NCBI GenBank assembly: GCA_964513375.1
Contig: CAZEMO010000006.1
Location: 7,567-71,566, forward strand
Reading direction: 5' to 3'
DNA: 64,000 nucleotides
Source: an uncultured Bacteriovoracaceae bacterium
Lineage (GTDB): Bacteria > Desulfobacterota > Desulfomonilia > UBA1062
Shown: piece by piece, positions 58,325 to 64,000 of the stretch
How positions within the stretch are numbered: position 1 is the stretch's first letter
Layout: each line of letters opens with the position of its first letter
The notes under the pieces: model-generated
Databases searched by the model: none
What the model was told of the DNA's origin: nothing
The model's input: the letters and a program-made list of their open reading frames with translations, nothing else
Translations under genes and position numbers: made by a program

Positions 58325-58451
58325 TTCCGTTCCGCATTCAAGCGCTACCGTTGTCTGCTGCGTCGGAATGCTCCTCGCCATACGTCAAAGTATGTCTGCG
58401 TCGCTTCCTTCCTTGCCTCCTCGGTATCATCTTGAATGCGAAATGGAATCA
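58322..58451. mobile_element. 130-bp MITE/REP-like element with 21-bp imperfect terminal inverted repeats
   Basis: TGATTCCGTTCCGCATTCAAG ... CTTGAATGCGAAATGGAATCA (19/21 match); starts on the TGA stop of the response regulator. Confidence 0.65.
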
Positions 58452-58717
58452 TTATATTTGGACTGTCATTCCGAACATATGTGAGGAATCTTTCTTTTCT
58501 GATGTTCTACTGAGCCATATTTTATCAACTGAAAATGTTGTTTGTTTAATCACATTTTTCAAGAATAAAGGCCAAGCATCTTTTGTTCCTTTTCTTGTTT
58601 TATGCTATAAACCAAAAATAAGTGGAAATGTCTTCCATCTATAGGGGGTGATATGACAGAATGTTTTCCATGTATTAAACTGTTATAACAGGTTGATAAA
58701 CAAAAGATTAAGACAGC

Positions 58718-59263
58718 ATGAGTAAATCAGAAATAAACATCCAAAGGGCTGGCGAACTTTTTATGTACAGTGTTTGGCTACAGAGCCAAATGTCAGACTT
58801 GATCATATTGAAAAAAAACCCGAAGTATATAAACGATTTTATCAATAACCCTTCAATGATTCCTGAGTCTATACATAAACAGAGAGTTAACTACTGGGAG
58901 AAAAAATTCCATACCGTCAAAGAGGAATTTAAGCAGGTCTTCTCTGGATGCTTACTTGAAGAGGAAATCAGAGATTTGGAATATATATACCATATTAGAA
59001 ATTCAATAGCGCACTCACATGTATCATTGGGTCGTGACTACATGCTATACCGCCCAGCCAGAAAGGCTCGTCAGGAACAAGAAATTAGGGAAGCTCTAGG
59101 CTTAACATCCATTAAGAATGAGGTTTCTCCAATGATCCTAAAACTAACTTTCCATGATAATCGCAGATACTTAAATGATTTTAATCGAATCAAAAGACTG
59201 GATGAAGTCTGTTTCAAGAGATTGTCAAGCGAAATAGGGATTCCTCATTCAAGAATAAGGTGA
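58718..59263 (+). CDS. Hypothetical protein with RxxxxH (HEPN-like) motif
   Basis: IRNSIAH in a helical context; AT-rich coding sequence. Confidence 0.65.
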   Translation: MSKSEINIQRAGELFMYSVWLQSQMSDLIILKKNPKYINDFINNPSMIPESIHKQRVNYWEKKFHTVKEEFKQVFSGCLLEEEIRDLEYIYHIRNSIAHSHVSLGRDYMLYRPARKARQEQEIREALGLTSIKNEVSPMILKLTFHDNRRYLNDFNRIKRLDEVCFKRLSSEIGIPHSRIR

Positions 59264-59285
59264 TATTGCTCTTGCTCTAAGAATC

Positions 59286-59358
59286 AAAAGGTGCCTGGCC
59301 TTGAAATTGGACAAATTAATCGATTTGTCATGGATCAAGGCCAGGCGCCTTTTCCTTC
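59286..59358. repeat. Palindromic repeat A, copy 1
   Basis: AAAAGGTGCCTGGCCTTGA...TCAAGGCCAGGCGCCTTTT with inner GACAAAT/ATTTGTC. Confidence 0.8.
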
Positions 59359-59378
59359 CAAAAACATAGGGGGATTAT

Positions 59379-59651
59379 ATGGAATTGTTAATGTGTATTA
59401 TCTCAGTATTTTTCTTATTCTCTTGCGCATCAACATCTGAAATTGTTCCAGCTGACAACGATAATTATATGATTACAAGTTCCAGTGCTACCATGAGCAC
59501 CGGTAACATGAAGCTAGAATTACTTCAAAAAGCCAATGATTTCTGTAATGCCAAAAATCAAACAATGACGGTAATCAATTTTTCTTCTCTTCCATTATGG
59601 CCAGGACACCCAGCTGAAGCTGAGCTAACATTCTGCTGCAAGAATAAATAA
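59379..59651 (+). CDS. Small lipoprotein
   Basis: Lipobox LFSC; ANDFC...AELTFCC. Confidence 0.75.
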   Translation: MELLMCIISVFFLFSCASTSEIVPADNDNYMITSSSATMSTGNMKLELLQKANDFCNAKNQTMTVINFSSLPLWPGHPAEAELTFCCKNK

Positions 59652-59655
59652 CGCC

Positions 59656-59727
59656 AAAGGGCATCAGGCCTTGAAATGGGACAATTGTTAGATTTGTCAT
59701 GGATCAAGGCCAGGTGTGTTTTCCTTC
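59656..59727. repeat. Palindromic repeat A, copy 2 (direct repeat of 59286-59358)
   Basis: Shares GGCCTTGAAAT, GGACAA, GATTTGTCATGGATCAAGGCCAGG and TTTTCCTTC with copy 1; one 1-bp gap. Confidence 0.8.
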
Positions 59728-59785
59728 AAACATTTAAAACATTTTTTCTGTTTAAAAACAGGAGATTTGTTTATAATGTAATTAA

Positions 59786-60283
59786 TTGTCAGCGACAAAA
59801 TATACATGGAGAAAGGCGGCTAAGAAATCACTGAATACAATCAATAAAATTTTAATGAGTCTTCCAGTTGCGTTATTAATAATGACTGGATTCAGCAGCA
59901 TAGCTGCCGGAAAGTCACCGATGACTGATATAGCTATAAAAGGATATGACACGGTTGCATATTTTATTGCCGGTAAAGCAATAAAAGGCAGTGAGGCTTT
60001 TTCATTTCAGTGGCACGACATGACCTGGTATTTTTTATCAAAAGAGAACAGGGACCTCTTCATGTCCGGCCCCGAGAAATATGCTCCACAGTATGACGGT
60101 TATTGTGCCTGGGCCATGACAGAGTCACGTAAAGCCCATACCGATCCTGAAGTTTGGAACATCGTTAACGGAAAGCTTTACTTGAATTGCAGCAAAAGTG
60201 CATATGAAAAATGGAGCAAAGATATTCCAGGCAATATCAAAAAGGCCGATAGGAATTGGTTAAGTTTTTCCAAATATAAGTAA
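59786..60283 (+). CDS. YHS domain protein, Cys form of the YHS (seleno)protein family
   Basis: AIKGYDTVAYF, PEKYAPQYDGYCAWAM, DPEVW.IVNGKLYL; Cys codon is TGT. Confidence 0.85.
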   Translation: MSATKYTWRKAAKKSLNTINKILMSLPVALLIMTGFSSIAAGKSPMTDIAIKGYDTVAYFIAGKAIKGSEAFSFQWHDMTWYFLSKENRDLFMSGPEKYAPQYDGYCAWAMTESRKAHTDPEVWNIVNGKLYLNCSKSAYEKWSKDIPGNIKKADRNWLSFSKYK

Positions 60284-60338
60284 ATTAGAAAAATTCCAGC
60301 CTATTGTGTCCTGCCAGGACCACGGCAAAATTAAGGCA

Positions 60339-60830
60339 TCATTTTTCCGGCATTGAAGAAGAATGATGGCTGACAATAAGCCATTGTTTACCATCCCAGC
60401 CATATGTGAAACTGTATCGCGCCTTGACTGTGTCTCCGGTTCTGGCAAAATGGAAAGTATAAAGGCCAGAGTCTACTGCCATGTTGCAGCCAATCTCTAT
60501 CTGTCTCATGTCGATCTGCCCGGAGGGCTGGTTCTCAAGAAAGTGCTGAAAATAGTCTATTTTTTCTTCTGGTGTGAGTCGAGGTTTGTTTGAGACTGTT
60601 GGCAGAAGAATTGACTTTTGAGCATAATTGGCAGCAACTTTTTGTGGATCACCAGTTTGTAAGGACTCGTTCCATCTGTCAAACAACGCCGCAATTTCTT
60701 GTACGCTGGTTTGAATGCAGCATTCTTTGCAGGCCATCGTTGTCTGAGTAATGTCGTTTGTGGCAGCAGTTGCGCAACCAGAGATGATTAAGCAGGCCAT
60801 GAAAAACAGTGCATGAACTTGGTTTTTCAT
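60339..60830 (-). CDS. SnoaL/NTF2-like lipoprotein (SgcJ/EcaC, CaMKII-association-domain-like)
   Basis: Lipobox ISGC; LFDRWNESL...LLPTVSN, ARYSFTY, WLIVSHHSSSMPE. Confidence 0.85.
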   Translation of the reverse strand: MKNQVHALFFMACLIISGCATAATNDITQTTMACKECCIQTSVQEIAALFDRWNESLQTGDPQKVAANYAQKSILLPTVSNKPRLTPEEKIDYFQHFLENQPSGQIDMRQIEIGCNMAVDSGLYTFHFARTGDTVKARYSFTYGWDGKQWLIVSHHSSSMPEK

Positions 60831-60922
60831 ATGTTTTTTCTCCTCTATCAATTCGGTATGGTTAGAAAATACCACTAAATAAGTTCTAATAAAGTCAGAA
60901 AACTGTCAGGGCCTCTCATTAG

Positions 60923-60989
60923 AAACTCAAGGGGTCAGCCACCGGCAATTGACGACATAATGTAAAATTTTGAGAAACGACCCCTTTGG
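60923..60989. repeat. Palindromic repeat B, copy 1 (67 bp)
   Basis: AAACTCAAGGGGT...ACCCCTTTGG. Confidence 0.8.
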
Positions 60990-61048
60990 CGCGTTCGGGT
61001 TTAGCCTCACCCGAATCACAACTGTAATTTATTCCGGACAGAAGCAGT

Positions 61049-62014
61049 CTATTCTATTGTTTTAACCTTCAGGCCTGCAGGTATTGCAGGAGGCGTCGTG
61101 TCCTGTTGTCCGGGGACGGTGCCGCCGACAAAGGTATTGCTTAATACAAGGCCGTCAACCCAGAACTTCTGCGGATGCGGCACGCCATTGTGATAATAGG
61201 GTGCAATCATGAACTGGTTGAATTTCATGTCGGCATTCGCCCCTGTGCGCAGGATCACGTTTTCCTGGTTGATGATCAGCTGATTGTTAAGCCAGTATTT
61301 TACATAACCGTCAGCCTGGGCCTCGCCGTTTAAAATGCTGTTCATCTTGAACTGGGCTTCGACCAGATACCATTTGCCGTTTGAGATCGTCTGTGTTGGA
61401 CTGAGCCAGCCCTTTCCGTTCATCCACCTGCCGCCAGAATAATAAGCCGAACAGTAATTGTATTTATCAGGGCCGCAGCCGTTTCCGCCTGCTATCGCCC
61501 TGCTTTCGGTAATCGCGCTCAGATCCTGGTTGACTCTTGCAGTATCGATATTCATACCGTCCTGTATTACCAGATGGGGCTTGCCGTTATTGACTTCGAT
61601 ATAGCAGGTCAGGTTGGTATAGGCCGGACCGCTGTATGCGGACTGTTTGGTTGTTAGGATGTAAAACTCGTGAGGGCCGTAGGTCTGCCCGGTCCATGTC
61701 CAGTTGTCGCTGTATTTGACATAATAGCGGACAAACAGTGTATCGGTCGGCGTGACTGCATGCCTCAAGGCGCCAAGTCCTGTCTGTGAGCCTGTTGCGG
61801 GAAAATTGAACTCAAGGACGCTGCTGCCCGTATCACTGTCATTGACCACGGTATGGCCTGAGGCTCCATCATACCAGCCTCTGGAAGAAAAGCTGGCATT
61901 ATTGAAATCTTCGCTTACAAAAACCTCTGCATATAAAGAGGCAGACATCAGGAAAAAAATGCAGATCAAACCAATGCCTGTTTTTAATGTGAACAGTATT
62001 TTTCTGGTTTTCAA
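61049..62014 (-). CDS. Secreted jelly-roll protein, polysaccharide-lyase-like
   Basis: Signal peptide; SEDF, LFVRYYVKYSDNW, WYLVE...KMN, DGYVKYWLN; TTG start after AAGGAG. Confidence 0.7.
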   Translation of the reverse strand: MKTRKILFTLKTGIGLICIFFLMSASLYAEVFVSEDFNNASFSSRGWYDGASGHTVVNDSDTGSSVLEFNFPATGSQTGLGALRHAVTPTDTLFVRYYVKYSDNWTWTGQTYGPHEFYILTTKQSAYSGPAYTNLTCYIEVNNGKPHLVIQDGMNIDTARVNQDLSAITESRAIAGGNGCGPDKYNYCSAYYSGGRWMNGKGWLSPTQTISNGKWYLVEAQFKMNSILNGEAQADGYVKYWLNNQLIINQENVILRTGANADMKFNQFMIAPYYHNGVPHPQKFWVDGLVLSNTFVGGTVPGQQDTTPPAIPAGLKVKTIE

Positions 62015-62197
62015 TGGACATCTCCTTAAATATTATTCTCAATATAATATGCAAAGTTTCAGCCTGAATCTATAATATCAAGCACATTGGACACAAATTA
62101 TAACTATATCAGGTAACTAGGAATGAATATCGAATCAGCAGCAAACACCCGGAGTATTGGAATGCATGCTGAATATGTTACAGTGATAACAACTTTG

Positions 62198-62264
62198 AAA
62201 CTCAAGGGGTAATCTCCCTGTAATTAAGAACATAATGGAATATGTTGAGATGCTACCCCTTTGG
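62198..62264. repeat. Palindromic repeat B, copy 2 (67 bp)
   Basis: 52/67 ungapped identities to 60923-60989 (counted by hand). Confidence 0.8.
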
Positions 62265-62364
62265 TGGGAATCACAGGATGTATAATCAGATGAACCGTTC
62301 AAATGAAAAACCGTGACGTTTAAGCCTGCTTGGGCTACCATCATAATTAACAGAAGATAATCAA

Positions 62365-63195
62365 ATGATGATCGCAGGAAAGGATATGGATATGGCAGAA
62401 AGAAAAGTCGTATGGATAACGGGTGCCTCTTCCGGCATCGGTGAGGCCCTGGCCCGGGAGTATAATTCCAGGGGCCATTTTGTTGTTTTGTCTGCAAGAA
62501 GGGAAGAGGTTTTGAATAAGGTTAAAAGTGAATTGAAGCATCCGGAAAATGCCATGGTGCTGCCCCTGGATATCACCCGGTTCGATACCGTTGATGAAAA
62601 GGTCTCGGAAGTTATTGAGCGGTGCGGCAAGATAGATGTTCTTATCAATAATGCGGGCATCGATTATAAAGACTGGGTGAGGAATACGCCGTTATCGATA
62701 TACCGGACAGTGCTGGAAGTTAATTTTTTTGGAAATATCGCCATTACGCTTAAGGTGCTTCCTCTGATGGAAAAAATCGGATCAGGGCATATCGTTTGTG
62801 TCAGCAGCGTGAACGGCGTACTGAGCGACAAATGCAGTTCCGCCTATTCAGCGGCCAAGCACGGACTGCACGGATTCTATGATGCGCTGCGGGCGGAGTG
62901 CCCGGAGGGTGTCACCGTTTCCATGATCACGCCGGGATTTATCCGTACCAATATCACGGTAAACAGTTTGAACGGAAAAGGATGCATTTATGGAAAGCAT
63001 TCTGATGCATGCCTTAAAGGCATGCCGCCGGAAAAGATGGCGAAATATGTGGTAAAACGCCTGGAAAAGAAATCACCGCTTATTTATGTGGGAGGATTCC
63101 CCGAACGTCTTGCCATATTGATCCATGACCTGTGTCCCGCGTGCTTTTACAAACTGGCGCGCAAGCTGGAGCCGGAGTACTGCAACAACAACTGA
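62365..63195 (+). CDS. Short-chain dehydrogenase/reductase
   Basis: WITGASSGIG, INNAG, YSAAK. Confidence 0.93.
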   Translation: MMIAGKDMDMAERKVVWITGASSGIGEALAREYNSRGHFVVLSARREEVLNKVKSELKHPENAMVLPLDITRFDTVDEKVSEVIERCGKIDVLINNAGIDYKDWVRNTPLSIYRTVLEVNFFGNIAITLKVLPLMEKIGSGHIVCVSSVNGVLSDKCSSAYSAAKHGLHGFYDALRAECPEGVTVSMITPGFIRTNITVNSLNGKGCIYGKHSDACLKGMPPEKMAKYVVKRLEKKSPLIYVGGFPERLAILIHDLCPACFYKLARKLEPEYCNNN

Positions 63196-63265
63196 TATAT
63201 GGATTCAATTTCTTTTTTTAAAATGAAGAGTATATTAAAGAAAGAAGAAGAAAGGAGATCTGAAT

Positions 63266-64000
63266 ATGGATATCAGCAAAAAAGATGAAACATTAACAGT
63301 GACAAAGCAGACCAGACGGAAATTCCTCACCCTTGCCGGTAAAGTTATGGCCTTCATTTCGGCGATGCCTTTACTGAACATTACAGGACGTAAAGCCATA
63401 GCCTCAAGTGTGCAGGCCGGTGAGCCTGAAACAGCCATTTCTATGAAAAGCGGGAATTATACCCTGCTTAAAAACGGTTTTATCGTCGACGGAACCGGCA
63501 AAAAGGGCTTTCAGGGTAACCTGCTTATCGATGGCGACAAGATAGAGAAAATATCGGAGCGTGAAATAAATGCTGAAGGCAAAGTCGTTGACTGCACAGG
63601 ATTGACCGTGATGCCGGGCATCATCGATGCGCATTCCCATATGGACTGGTATCTGCCGATCAGCGGGCATGAGGAACTCAAGCTTCCGTTCACGGCCCAG
63701 GGCATTACAACTTTTATGGCCGGGCAGTGCGGATTTGCAATTGCCGGGTACCGTAAAAACTCTCCTTACATGGGCAAAATCGGAAACAGCTTGTTTCCGA
63801 TGGACCTCATCCATATCCAGTGGGACACCATGCAGGAATATTTCGATTATCTGAAGAAGAACGGAATGACCCACAACATGATGAGCCTTGTCGGGCAAGG
63901 CACCACCAGGACTTCAATACGCGGATTTGACGCTTCGCCCATAACCAAGGACGAAATGAAGGAAATGCTCGGTCTGCTTGAGGACGCCATGGACCAGGGC
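63266..64000 (+). CDS. Tat-exported N-acyl-D-amino-acid deacylase-like amidohydrolase (partial, runs off the window; absent from ORF track)
   Basis: ATG 63266 after AAGGAG; Tat motif TRRKFL; NGFIVDGTG, PGIIDAHSH, QGITT...GQCG; frame open to 64000. Confidence 0.88.
   Translation, partial: MDISKKDETLTVTKQTRRKFLTLAGKVMAFISAMPLLNITGRKAIASSVQAGEPETAISMKSGNYTLLKNGFIVDGTGKKGFQGNLLIDGDKIEKISEREINAEGKVVDCTGLTVMPGIIDAHSHMDWYLPISGHEELKLPFTAQGITTFMAGQCGFAIAGYRKNSPYMGKIGNSLFPMDLIHIQWDTMQEYFDYLKKNGMTHNMMSLVGQGTTRTSIRGFDASPITKDEMKEMLGLLEDAMDQG

Noticed and set aside
58321-58644. 107-aa ORF after the response regulator
   Set aside because: Runs across the repeat element and AT-rich intergenic DNA; no recognisable motif.
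60100-60110. Selenocysteine in the YHS protein
   Set aside because: The GYCAW codon is TGT (Cys); no in-frame TGA.
59286-62264. Integron attC array or CRISPR array
   Set aside because: No RYYYAAC/GTTRRRY ends and no intI; only two copies of each repeat, separated by whole genes rather than 30-40 bp spacers; no cas genes.
1-64000. tRNA, rRNA, tmRNA, transposase or prophage genes
   Set aside because: None recognised by eye; tRNAscan-SE and Infernal were not run.

Overview
Chromosomal window from an anaerobic deltaproteobacterium-like organism (inferred from the Re-citrate-synthase-like gene next to icd, pilB-pilT-pilC and a GEGP-type diheme protein). 0.3-13.7 kb is a leftward metal-uptake locus: a TaoR-like HTH_17/PBP regulator, the tungstate ABC transporter tupABC, an OprO/P-type porin, a diheme protein with a sulfite-oxidase-like fold apparently lacking the metal-ligating Cys, two tandem paralogous lipoproteins of unknown family, a TonB-dependent receptor and ExbB/ExbD/TonB. 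This is the best candidate for an undescribed system (outer-membrane capture of tungsten/molybdenum or of its pterin cofactor). 14-58 kb is mostly housekeeping (holB, ssb, pilBTC, birA, valS, DAHP synthase, lpxH, larA-like, hisS, aspS, icd, rpsT, rarA, a two-component system). It also holds a truncated Zn-phospholipase-C-like gene with a periplasmic partner, two candidate ~70-80 nt sRNAs with the same hairpin/anti-Shine-Dalgarno/terminator layout, and two ~125 bp MITE/REP-like elements abutting stop codons. 58.6-62.3 kb is an AT-richer accessory patch where single genes sit between pairs of ~65 bp palindromic direct repeats, next to a stand-alone HEPN-motif protein. No rRNA, tRNA, CRISPR array, transposase or integrase was seen. 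All family assignments come from motif recognition by eye; no database search was run.
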